Assembly (NCBI GenBank): GCA_963720465.1
Contig: OY970393.1
Location: 1,184,001-1,248,000 of the forward strand
DNA length: 64,000 nt
Source: Methanobacteriota archaeon
GTDB taxonomy: Archaea > Halobacteriota > Bog-38 > Methanoflorentales > Methanoflorentaceae
Direction of reading: 5' to 3'
Positions 1 to 8,848 of this stretch are shown here, piece by piece; the stretch's first letter is position 1, and each line of letters opens with the position of its first letter. The notes below the pieces were generated by a model that made no database searches, was not told the origin of the DNA, and was given only the letters and a program-made list of their open reading frames with translations. Made by a program: the position numbers and the translations under genes.

Positions 1-1
1 A

Positions 2-445
2 GCGGATACCTGGCCGGTAGTTATACAGATTGTGAATGGTCACTACCTTATGCGGGACTTTCGTTTGCGTGAGAAGAGTCAGCAGCGGCAACTCCCCAAA
101 AGAGAAAATTGAGCTTTGTTGGTAATGAAGAATATCGGAGTCTCTACACTGCTTTGCGTAGCGCAGACCAAGAGGAATCCTGCTTGCACGATAGGTGATG
201 CCTTGAATCCTGGATCGGTCAGGTTCATCCCCGTAAGAATCAAACGGCGAGGTAACGAGGCAGTATTTTCCATCAAAAAGGGAGGAGGAGCCACGATATT
301 TATATTTACACACGCAATGACTCGTTACGACCTTGACTGAAACGTCTCTTCTTGTTAGTGCATCAATAAGATTCTCCGAATAATTGGCCATAGAAATATT
401 ATGATACCAGCAGGTTATCATGCAAACAGACAGATTTTTAGTCAC
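2..445 (-). CDS. Glycosyltransferase family 4, N-terminal part (runs off the left edge)
   Basis: Manually translated open frame from GTG at 445 (GGTGA RBS upstream): MTKNLSVCMITCWYHNISMANYSENLIDAL...DILHYQQ...KVVTIHNL, with no stop before the edge. Typical GT4 N-terminal pattern. Not in the ORF track. Confidence 0.7.
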   Translation of the reverse strand, partial: MTKNLSVCMITCWYHNISMANYSENLIDALTRRDVSVKVVTSHCVCKYKYRGSSSLFDGKYCLVTSPFDSYGDEPDRSRIQGITYRASRIPLGLRYAKQCRDSDILHYQQSSIFSFGELPLLTLLTQTKVPHKVVTIHNLYNYRPGIR

Positions 446-1020
446 AATCACCAATTAAATCGGTATTTTTTGGTATTTATTGAATTGTAATAATAAGTTT
501 CTTACGCTAAATCGCGACACGAAGACGAGCGATAAAAAATGATTTCCATTTATTGTGTTTGACAATTCGGAATGCAGTGGCTTAACCGGACTATTTGAAA
601 TTACCGCATTGCCTGTTGCAATGTTCTCACGCGTAAAAGCGTGCCAGAAGACACCATAAAGGATTCGGTGCGCGTTACCGTGGACCCGTGCTACGGTGTT
701 GAAATAGTCTAAAAATTAATACATTCGAGCGATGGGATGTCCATACGATCATCCCTCTTCCTCCACTGCCACGCTGCGTAACTGAGGATCCCTTATTCTT
801 GGCGGGTTCTTTCTCTTTCGGAGCGCTTCTCAGCGAAGAAGTCCCCTCTACAGCAACCCACAGCCTGCGTTGCTTCCGGCGCGCATTCCGCTCCCTGACC
901 CTAAAGGTCACTCGCCGTATGCTATCTCAGACGGCGCACTGAGGCCATGACGAGTCAAGGGACAGAGGATGGGTTTGAAAGCAATTAAATAGGTTAGATG
1001 CTTAGCTATCGGCGAACGCA

Positions 1021-1962
1021 ATGAAAGGCAAGAAGGTAATCGTCACTGGCGGTTTAGGCTTCATTGGTTCGCACTTAGTGGAAGCACTTGTGGAAAAAAA
1101 CGACGTCACGGTAATCGACGACCGGTCGACGGGGAAGTTGGAGAATATCGATCATTTGGGTGACGCACGCCCGGAAGTGATCGAAGGGGACGTCACTGAA
1201 CTCAATTTACCAGAAATCTTCGACGGCTATGAGTACGTTTTTCATGAGGCAGCGCTTCCCAGCGTTCAGCGCAGCATCGACGAACCGCTGATGTCAAACC
1301 AGTCCAACGCCACTGGGACCTTGAAGGTTTTGATCGCCGCCAAAGAATCGGGTGTAAAAAAGGTGGTCTATGCTTCGTCATCATCCGTGTACGGCGACAC
1401 CGTGGAGCTCCCGAAACGGGAAGACATGTGTCTTTCACCAAAATCCCCGTACGCGGTCACGAAGGCAACTGGTGAGCTCTACAGCACGGTGTTTCACCAA
1501 GTCTACGGCCTTCACACCATATCCTTGCGCTACTTCAACGTGTTCGGACCGCGGCAAGACCCATATTCCCAGTACGCTGCCGTAATTCCTAAATTTATAA
1601 CGGCGATTCTCAGCGGTAAACCGCCGACGGTTTTCGGGGATGGCACACAGAGTAGAGACTTCACTTTCGTGAAACACGTCGTTGAAGCAAATATTCGTGC
1701 GTGCGAATCCAGCGAGACCGGAACATTCAACATCGCCTGTGGCCGCAGCATTACCCTGAACGAGTTGATTGCCCTTCTCGCCAAGATCACTGGCAGCGAT
1801 GTTAAGCCAATCTATGCCGCGCGTCGGCCAGGAGACATAAGACACTCGCTCGCTGCTATCTCAAAGGCGCGAGTATTTGGTTACGCGCCGCATAGCAATT
1901 TCGAGGACGAGCTTCAAGAGACCGTAAGGTGGTTTGAGGGTGGAATTGTACGAGAAGATTAA
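1021..1962 (+). CDS. NAD-dependent nucleotide-sugar epimerase (WbpP/Gne-like UDP-GlcNAc(A) 4-epimerase)
   Basis: TGGLGFIGSH Rossmann motif, ASSSSVYG, YAVTK (YxxxK), YFNVFGPRQDP and GDGTQSRDFT motifs. Confidence 0.92.
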   Translation: MKGKKVIVTGGLGFIGSHLVEALVEKNDVTVIDDRSTGKLENIDHLGDARPEVIEGDVTELNLPEIFDGYEYVFHEAALPSVQRSIDEPLMSNQSNATGTLKVLIAAKESGVKKVVYASSSSVYGDTVELPKREDMCLSPKSPYAVTKATGELYSTVFHQVYGLHTISLRYFNVFGPRQDPYSQYAAVIPKFITAILSGKPPTVFGDGTQSRDFTFVKHVVEANIRACESSETGTFNIACGRSITLNELIALLAKITGSDVKPIYAARRPGDIRHSLAAISKARVFGYAPHSNFEDELQETVRWFEGGIVRED

Positions 1963-3277
1963 GAGCAAATCTGCGCGCATCGCTGTCATAGGGTTGGGCT
2001 ACGTCGGACTCCCGACAGCAGTCAACTTCGCTGAGAACGGGTTCAGCGTGATCGGAGTCAATAGGACACAGGAGAAAGTTGACATCATCAATGCGGGGGG
2101 GTGCTATCTTACCGACTTGAATATCGACGAACGCGTGCGAAGACTCGTCGGCCTTCGCAAGCTCACGGCCACTATCGACACAGCTGGCGCTACACGAGAA
2201 AGCGACGTGATCATCATCACCGTCCCAACGCCGATCACGTCGTTTAAGCGACCTGATCTATCATTTATCGTTTCCGCGGGTCAGGCCATTGCCCAAGGCC
2301 TGGGTCGCAACAAGCTCGTCGTCCTGGAATCGACTGTGTACCCGGGAGTGGTTGATGACGTGCTGAAGCCGTTGCTCGAAGAGTCAGGGTTGAAAGCCGG
2401 GACCGATTTTGGACTCGCCTACTGTCCGGAGCGATATAACCCGGGAGATGCCGATCACAATATTAGGGACGTGGTCCGAATCGTTGCGGGCATCACGCCG
2501 GAATGGGCTGAAGCAACAGCGCAGTTATACCTCAGCAACGCGAAGGACGTGGTCACGGTCAAGGATATCAAAACCGCTGAGGCGGCGAAAGTCATTGAAA
2601 ACATCCAGAGAGATCTCAATATCGCGCTCATGAATGAGCTCGCGCTGATCTTCGAACGCTTGGAGATTGACATCCAAGACGTGATCGAAGCCGCTTCGAC
2701 GAAGTGGAATTTCAACGTATATCATCCGGGGGCCGGAGTCGGCGGCCACTGCTTACCCGTCGACCCATACTACCTCGTTCATAAAGCCGAGGAGCTCGGG
2801 TACCACTCCCAGGTCATTACGGCCGGCAGGGCCGTCAATGATTACATGCCACTGCACGTTTTCCAGTTGACCGTCGACGCCCTCAACGAAAGAGCGCGAG
2901 CGGTCAACAAGTCGAAAATAGTCGTGCTTGGCCTGTCCTATAAGGAGAACGTGGGCGACTACCGCGAGAGCCCGACAGCTGTTGTGATTAACGAGCTTAC
3001 AAAGAGGGGCGCGATCGTCCATATCGTCGATCCATTCATCGAAGAGGACGTCCTGCGACGGTATGCGCAACCAGAAGCGACCGCATATGACGCTCTTTCC
3101 AACGCAGATGCTCTCGTCCTTATGACTGCCCACCGGGAGTTCTTGGGGCTTGACTTGGATCGCATCAAGGCAGAAATGCGCACCGCGATCATCGTCGACG
3201 GCCGGCGGTGCTTCGACCCAGAGATCGTCGAAAAACTCGGGATCGTGTATCGAGGGGTTGGGGCCAAGAACGGGTGA
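1934..3277 (+). CDS. UDP-N-acetylhexosamine 6-dehydrogenase (WbpO/WecC family)
   Basis: GLGYVGLP, ESTVYPG, PERYNPG, AKVIEN, catalytic GGHCLPVDP and YKENVGDYRESP motifs. Overlaps the epimerase (operon). Confidence 0.93.
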   Translation: MRVELYEKIKSKSARIAVIGLGYVGLPTAVNFAENGFSVIGVNRTQEKVDIINAGGCYLTDLNIDERVRRLVGLRKLTATIDTAGATRESDVIIITVPTPITSFKRPDLSFIVSAGQAIAQGLGRNKLVVLESTVYPGVVDDVLKPLLEESGLKAGTDFGLAYCPERYNPGDADHNIRDVVRIVAGITPEWAEATAQLYLSNAKDVVTVKDIKTAEAAKVIENIQRDLNIALMNELALIFERLEIDIQDVIEAASTKWNFNVYHPGAGVGGHCLPVDPYYLVHKAEELGYHSQVITAGRAVNDYMPLHVFQLTVDALNERARAVNKSKIVVLGLSYKENVGDYRESPTAVVINELTKRGAIVHIVDPFIEEDVLRRYAQPEATAYDALSNADALVLMTAHREFLGLDLDRIKAEMRTAIIVDGRRCFDPEIVEKLGIVYRGVGAKNG

Positions 3278-3644
3278 AGGATCCGAGGTCCGCAGAGACC
3301 ACAGCGCGATAGCGACGCGGCTCGACAATAGGCTATATTGCTTGAGTATCCCAGCTGTCTCGAATCGATGCGGTTATCTGTTTTTTGGCCGGCGTATCGT
3401 CGCCCGGCACCGCACCATACCTTATGGGGCCTCGGGGGGCGTATGACCACCACTCGAAGAGGGGCAACTCCGTTCACTCTTTACAAGATACTTCGTGCGC
3501 GTTGGATCCACAGTGCGAGACCGCTTGTCAGCAAATGCTCCAAAATTGCGGGGAAGCTTTGACCTCATATTACGGATCTTCTATCTCATTAACGCTGTGG
3601 TTCAACGTCTGAGGGGGACGCTGCTGCGAAGAACGCGCTTGTCA

Positions 3645-3657
3645 CAAAAGTTAATAG
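3645..3657 (+). promoter_or_regulatory. Putative archaeal BRE/TATA promoter for the tRNA
   Basis: CAAAAG-TTAATAG about 65 nt upstream of the tRNA 5' end. Confidence 0.4.
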
Positions 3658-3720
3658 CCAGTCCGGTACACACAAGAGTTGGCTGACGATATTGTCTGCA
3701 CTCTGTTTGAACACTGGAAC

Positions 3721-3792
3721 GCCTCGGTAGTTTAGTAGGAAAAGCACTTGCTATCCAAGCAAGACTCGTTGGTTCGAATCCAACCCGGGGCA
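3721..3792 (+). tRNA. tRNA-Gly (anticodon UCC), non-canonical (A33)
   Basis: Full cloverleaf: acceptor GCCTCGG/CCGGGGC plus A73; U8 A9; D-stem GTTT/AAGC with loop AGTAGGAA (G18 G19); anticodon stem CTTGC/GCAAG with loop TA-TCC-AA (anticodon 3754-3756); 4-nt variable loop ACTC; T-arm GTTGG-TTCGAAT-CCAAC; G15:C48. No encoded CCA. Confidence 0.9.
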
Positions 3793-3939
3793 TATTTGCA
3801 GCATTGAAACTTCCGATGCTGAGCGCCCCGTAAGCAGTTTCAGAAGTTCGAGGTTCCACGTTAATTCCTACAGCGGTCGCTTCCCAAGTCCGAGCTTCTC
3901 GCCTGCGCTGTTCAATTCACATCCGCGCCATAACAATGT

Positions 3940-4175
3940 TACCGAGGCGTATTTAATTTCGTCGAAAGCACTGCGATGTTTGAACAAGCAAAAAAACTGT
4001 GCTTTGTGATGCGCGTCGGTTTTGCCAACATAGCAATGCGGTTCTCACACCGAATCAAATTTCGATTTGAATCTGGAAAGACGCGGAAAGGGCGCTTACG
4101 TGTTCGATGCCGGTTTGCACGCCTTAAACCTCCTACCGCGACCTCAGATTCGTCAAGAACCTCCTTTCCATCGCT
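3940..4175 (-). pseudogene. Relic of a Fem-like GNAT gene (internal deletion and in-frame stop)
   Basis: Clear DNA similarity to 6630-6725 and 7060-7130. Translates to ...APFPRLSRFKSKFDSV*EPHCYVGKTD..., matching the C-terminus of the GNAT paralogs. Boundaries approximate. Confidence 0.75.
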
Positions 4176-4698
4176 CTCTCGTCGCCCGGGCTTTAGCGGC
4201 GTGCTTGCGTACCCCAGGGACGGCGTACCATCGGGAGCTAGCACTCCTGTCCCGCGCCTTGCGTTTGTAAAAAGAAGCGACCTGGCTGCCCTAGGCTCAG
4301 CGTCGCGCAGGTGTCCTCCTTAACTGACACGGGGCCGCCGCGGATTTTCATTGGCTCACGACGCTGAATGTGCAAAGTGCGGTGTTTTTGCGGCGGTCAT
4401 AGGTAAAGCGCTTTACTCGTGCACGATGCTGTAGATATGTCCGTGATCTTGACCCTGACGTCGACCGTGACAGGAAGCGGCGAATGACCTCGAGCACAAG
4501 TGATCGCGCAGAAAGATATACCAAGGCGCCCTCATGGCAAACGGGCCATTGTCGTCTTACTCGCGTTACACTATTTGATGTCTGACTGACTCTCGGAACA
4601 AGAACAGACTGGCAACCTTGTAGGCCCTCTGCGCGCCCCTCATTGTCGGGTTTTGCGCCTCCCTCGTGTTCACAGCTGCACATTATCAGCGAGGGCGC

Positions 4699-5796
4699 TC
4701 AATGCAGCAGGACTAGTGGCAAAAATGGGAGCACCCCAAACAGGAGTATGTCGTCCACCGCGTGCATCGTGACGACAAACGGCAAGTTTTTTGTCTTGTA
4801 AAATGCTACGCCAAAGACGACACCCGCCCCGGTCGTGAAGAGGAGTTCGTGGACGCTACCGTAGCTCGCGTGCATGGCGCCGAAGATCACGCTCGTGATA
4901 AGGATTCCCCCGACCGCACCGCTTCGCTCCATGAGCTGCGGCTGCAGCAGGACACGAAAGAGGAGCTCCTCAACGAGCGCCACAAAGAAGATCATAACGA
5001 TGCTTAACCCGATGAGCTCTGAGGCTGACGCATTCGGGATAAGTGGTGGATTGCGAAGAATAGCGTATTCAATAAGCCCGAGCCCAAGGCCAACGAGGGC
5101 GCCAAACGGAATGAGGTACGTCAATCGGAGACCTCCCGTGAGCCCAAGGTCGTGGCGGCTCAGCTTTCGGTGTGCAACGATCGCTATGATCGGTATAAAC
5201 ATCACGCCGTAAATCGCCAGCCAGTAGTACAAGGCTACCGTTCGGATGATCAAGACGAGAGGGAAGTACATCACCCAGACGATGATGAACCAGTAGACCG
5301 CTGGCAGGAGCGCAAATGAAACGATGATGACAAGAGACACCGATAGCAAACCGAGCACTTGGAGCAGCTGTACGCGCTTACCATGCGGCACCGCCACGAT
5401 GACGGCAACCGCGATGATGTTGAGCGTTTGCACGCCGACGCCGAGCGCAGTGTGGCCTGCAAAGAGCAAGCCCTCGCCGGCGAGGATAAGAAATATGGCG
5501 AGGAGCTCATACCACGCCAAGTCGAAAACAATTCGGGCCCTAGCTGCAGAAGCTAGCGCGGCTCGTATGGTGTCAGGGAGGCGCAAAAACTTTTCCTCAA
5601 CACTGTGACTTTTCGCGGTTAAAGATACTACGTACTTCGGATGTTTTGCTATTTCTGCGATATCTGGCGTTCTATTCGTTAAACTTGTCGTACTACTTAC
5701 AAGCTGGTTATTTCTGGGCTGTTTTTCCTTATGCCACAATCGCAGCAAGCCTGTCTCGGAAAAATAACATCGTAAACGGCTGCTCATTCCGAACAT
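4699..5796 (-). CDS. CPBP family (CAAX/Rce1-like) intramembrane glutamic protease
   Basis: EELLFR, FGAMH and MHAVDD motifs with multiple TM segments. True start probably downstream of 5796. Confidence 0.85.
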   Translation of the reverse strand: MFGMSSRLRCYFSETGLLRLWHKEKQPRNNQLVSSTTSLTNRTPDIAEIAKHPKYVVSLTAKSHSVEEKFLRLPDTIRAALASAARARIVFDLAWYELLAIFLILAGEGLLFAGHTALGVGVQTLNIIAVAVIVAVPHGKRVQLLQVLGLLSVSLVIIVSFALLPAVYWFIIVWVMYFPLVLIIRTVALYYWLAIYGVMFIPIIAIVAHRKLSRHDLGLTGGLRLTYLIPFGALVGLGLGLIEYAILRNPPLIPNASASELIGLSIVMIFFVALVEELLFRVLLQPQLMERSGAVGGILITSVIFGAMHASYGSVHELLFTTGAGVVFGVAFYKTKNLPFVVTMHAVDDILLFGVLPFLPLVLLH

Positions 5797-6521
5797 CTCG
5801 GCTGCGACCAGATTGGTTTTGTTTTTTTTTGGTTATTTCGTACTACTTCAACAGCTTAAAGATACACCGTCTTAAGCATTATTACGCGTACGTAAAAAAC
5901 GCGGCCCTGATAGCTTATTTTACCTTTTGGGGTCACCGATTCAAATGCGCTGCGATAGCACTCTTAATTCAGCAACTTGGGGTGTTCGTCTGTTTTCGCC
6001 TATCGACAGCTGCGCTGTGAGTGAGTCCGATCTCTCTAAAAATCCGCTGGCAGGAAGGCACGTTAGCGTAAGCGTGCGAGAGCAGGGCCTTAAGACGGGC
6101 TGGAATTCTTTCAACTGGCACGATGTCGTAATGTCGCGTTGTATGACGGTGTTACACTACGCTCGACGCATCGCAGCTGTAGCAAATCAATAACGTTGCC
6201 TTTCAAAGTTTCGCGCTCCCGAGCTGCGCCTCCACCTGAATCGTCGGCCGTCCGAACGCTTTGGCAGCGAGCCAAGGTGTAGTTATGGCACTATGCTGTT
6301 AAGACGCTACGCAATGCGTAGCCAGTGAACGTATCCTGCGTGCCGCGAGGCCTCGCGAGAGGCATATCCTCCTTTTCGTCACTTTGAGATCGGTTATAAA
6401 GGGTCACACCGCGTTCAGTACCGGCTTTAATCGGGAATCCCCGCAAATGGCCATCGACGGTATCCATTTGCATAACAAGCTCTCGGTTTGCGAGGTTTTA
6501 GGCTCTAGGTTAGTTGCTATG

Positions 6522-7586
6522 TCAGTTTCGAGTCTCCGATTCGCCGTTCGACTCACGTCCACGCCGCCGAGGCAAGATATGCTTCTCTCCCAGCGCTGAG
6601 AGCTTTGAGTAAACAGACAGGGCGATTTTGCCAAGCGCGTCGGTTTTGTCAACATCGCAATACGGTTTGAGCTCTGGATCAAATTTTGATTTGAACATGT
6701 TAAGACGCTGAGGACCATTCGCGCCAATCAAATCCAGCATCTTAAAGCCCTCTGTTTTTGCGTGCTGAATTATCTCCCATAAGAGAAACTCGTTCGTATT
6801 CAATTCTGGGCGTGCGTTAACGCCACCGAACCAAAAGCCATAGCGGTCCTCACGCAGCGCACAGCACGCGATTGCGCCAGCGATGCTTCCGTCAATGCTG
6901 ACGGTGTGGACCGTCACACGCTGAGGAAATGCATCCACAACCTCCTCTAGATACCTATCACTAAAGAGATTCTGTCTTTCCCCGCGTTCTTTTCTTCGTT
7001 CTCGCCACATGCGAAGCACCGAGCTGACATCGCTTGTGTGCTCTACGTGAGGTGATAGTGCGCTTACGTGTTTGATGCCCTGTTTGCATCTTTTGCCGAA
7101 ACCGCCCCAGATATCGTCGAGGGGTTTTTCCAGGTCTATCGCGTACGTAAACTTGAGCTGGACCGCGTAGTTCTTCCACTCAAACGTCCGTACGTCGATG
7201 AAACTTGGAACAGTTATAAACGACAGGAAGTTGGGAGAGATCTTGTCGATTTCCGTGCACAGCTCGTCAGTCACTTGCGCAAAGACCTTCTCCTTTTTAT
7301 GTGCCCTCAGCCCGGCCACGCTGGGATCAAAAACGGGTCCTAAGTAGGGAATTTGCGCGTCTGGCGGCGGGGAGTACATTAACGTCAGCCCCCGGCGTCG
7401 AGTAACAAAAAAAGGGAGTATGCATCTGAGTTTGTTGCCTGAATATATGGCATACGGCACAAGCCGGTATCCGGAATGTCTCTCAACAATATTCAAAAAA
7501 TCCCACGTATGGAATAACGTCCCCTGTGGGCTGTTTTCGACAAACTGGTCCCAGATCTTTTTATCGTCTAGCACTTCAGCGGCCAT
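6522..7586 (-). CDS. FemABX-like GNAT protein (Acetyltransf_6), paralog 1
   Basis: WDQFVENSPQGTLFHTW, TYAIDLEKPLDDIW, LLWEIIQHAKTEGFKMLDLIG and FKSKF motifs. ATG at 7586 preferred (ORF track starts at 7613). Confidence 0.85.
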   Translation of the reverse strand: MAAEVLDDKKIWDQFVENSPQGTLFHTWDFLNIVERHSGYRLVPYAIYSGNKLRCILPFFVTRRRGLTLMYSPPPDAQIPYLGPVFDPSVAGLRAHKKEKVFAQVTDELCTEIDKISPNFLSFITVPSFIDVRTFEWKNYAVQLKFTYAIDLEKPLDDIWGGFGKRCKQGIKHVSALSPHVEHTSDVSSVLRMWRERRKERGERQNLFSDRYLEEVVDAFPQRVTVHTVSIDGSIAGAIACCALREDRYGFWFGGVNARPELNTNEFLLWEIIQHAKTEGFKMLDLIGANGPQRLNMFKSKFDPELKPYCDVDKTDALGKIALSVYSKLSALGEKHILPRRRGRESNGESETRN

Positions 7587-8719
7587 TGCGCCACCCCACA
7601 CGGTTTTCGCCACAAATCATCCAGGCACATTTCTTGCTCTGCGTTAGTCCTCTGTCGTTTATCTCCCAAGTCTCAGGTTCTCACCAGGCGCTGTTCTACT
7701 CACGTCCAATCTACCGAAGCAAGACTCGTTCTCTCGCAGTTTTGACAGCGTTGTAAACTGAACTCTCTATTTTGTAAAACTCGTCGGTTTTTTCAACATA
7801 GCAATACGGTTTGAGCTCTGGATCAAATTTTGATTTGAATCGGGAAAGATGCTCAGGCCACGCGCCAAAAAAATCCAGCGTCTTAAAGCCCTCTAATTTT
7901 GCGAGCTGAATGACCTCCCATAAAAGAAACTCATTCGTATTCAGGTCTTTGCGGGCGTTAACGTTGCCGATCCAATAGCCATACCGGTCGTCACGCAGCG
8001 CACAGCACGCGATTGCGCCAGCGATGCTTCCGTCAATGCTGATGGTGTGGACCGTCACACGCTGAGGAAATGCATCCACAACCTCCTCTAGATACCTATC
8101 ACTAAAGAGATTCTGTCTTTCCCCGCGTTCTTTTCTTCGTTCTCGCCACATGCGAAGCACCGAGCTGACATCGCTTGTGTGCTCTACGTGAGGTGATAGT
8201 GCGCTTACGTGTTTGATGCCTCGCTTGCATCTTCCAGCGAAACCGCCCCAGATATCGTCGAGGGGTTTTTCCAGGTCTATCGCGTACGTAAACTTGAGCT
8301 GGACCGCGTAGTTCTTCCACTCAAACGTCCGTACGTCGATGAAACTTGGAACAGTTATAAACGACAGGAAGTTGGGAGAGATCTTGTCGATTTCCGTGCA
8401 CAGCTCGTCAGTCACTTGCGCAAAGACCTTCTCCTTTTTATGTGCCCTCAGCCCGGCCACGCTGGGATCAAAAACGGGTCCTAAGTAGGGAATTTGCGCG
8501 TCTGGCGGCGGGGAGTACATTAACGTCAGCCCCCGGCGTCGAGTAACAAAAAAAGGGAGTATGCATCTGAGTTTGTTGCCTGAATATATGGCATACGGCA
8601 CAAGCCGGTATCCGGAATGTCTCTCAACAATATTCAAAAAATCCCACGTATGGAATAACGTCCCCTGTGGGCTGTTTTCGACAAACTGGTCCCAGATCTT
8701 TTTATCGTCTAGCACTTCA
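6850..8719. repeat. Near-identical direct repeat of about 730 bp (6850-7578 vs 7991-8719, offset 1141)
   Basis: Direct comparison by eye shows only a few differences, mainly at about 7080-7097 vs 8221-8238. Confidence 0.9.
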
Positions 8720-8727
8720 ACAGCCAT
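7711..8727 (-). CDS. FemABX-like GNAT protein, paralog 2
   Basis: Near-identical to paralog 1 over the first ~240 codons, with the same motifs. ATG at 8727 preferred. Confidence 0.85.
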   Translation of the reverse strand: MAVEVLDDKKIWDQFVENSPQGTLFHTWDFLNIVERHSGYRLVPYAIYSGNKLRCILPFFVTRRRGLTLMYSPPPDAQIPYLGPVFDPSVAGLRAHKKEKVFAQVTDELCTEIDKISPNFLSFITVPSFIDVRTFEWKNYAVQLKFTYAIDLEKPLDDIWGGFAGRCKRGIKHVSALSPHVEHTSDVSSVLRMWRERRKERGERQNLFSDRYLEEVVDAFPQRVTVHTISIDGSIAGAIACCALRDDRYGYWIGNVNARKDLNTNEFLLWEVIQLAKLEGFKTLDFFGAWPEHLSRFKSKFDPELKPYCYVEKTDEFYKIESSVYNAVKTARERVLLR

Positions 8728-8848
8728 GGTTACACGACCACGCGGCGGGTAATCGCTTTGCCGCACAATTGCTTGATCTGGGATCTGGCAAGCTAAGTTA
8801 TACCACTTGTTTCACGTTCCACCTTTTTAAGGTTTCTTGGGCTCTGCG

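Noticed and set aside
3747-3763. Alternative reading of the tRNA as Trp (CCA) or Ile/Asp-like (ATC)
   Set aside because: The perfect 5-bp stem centres TCC in the 7-nt loop. The 4-nt variable loop and G1:C72/C2:G71 fit Gly.
3721-3792. tRNA as integration site (att) of a mobile element
   Set aside because: No integrase and no duplicated tRNA 3' end were seen in the window.
3870-3932. Second tRNA-like fragment (GTTCAATTC...CCGCGCCA)
   Set aside because: The T-stem does not pair and no cloverleaf can be built.
4038-4052. In-frame TGA in the GNAT relic as selenocysteine recoding
   Set aside because: The fragment also has a large deletion and no start, so it is simple decay.
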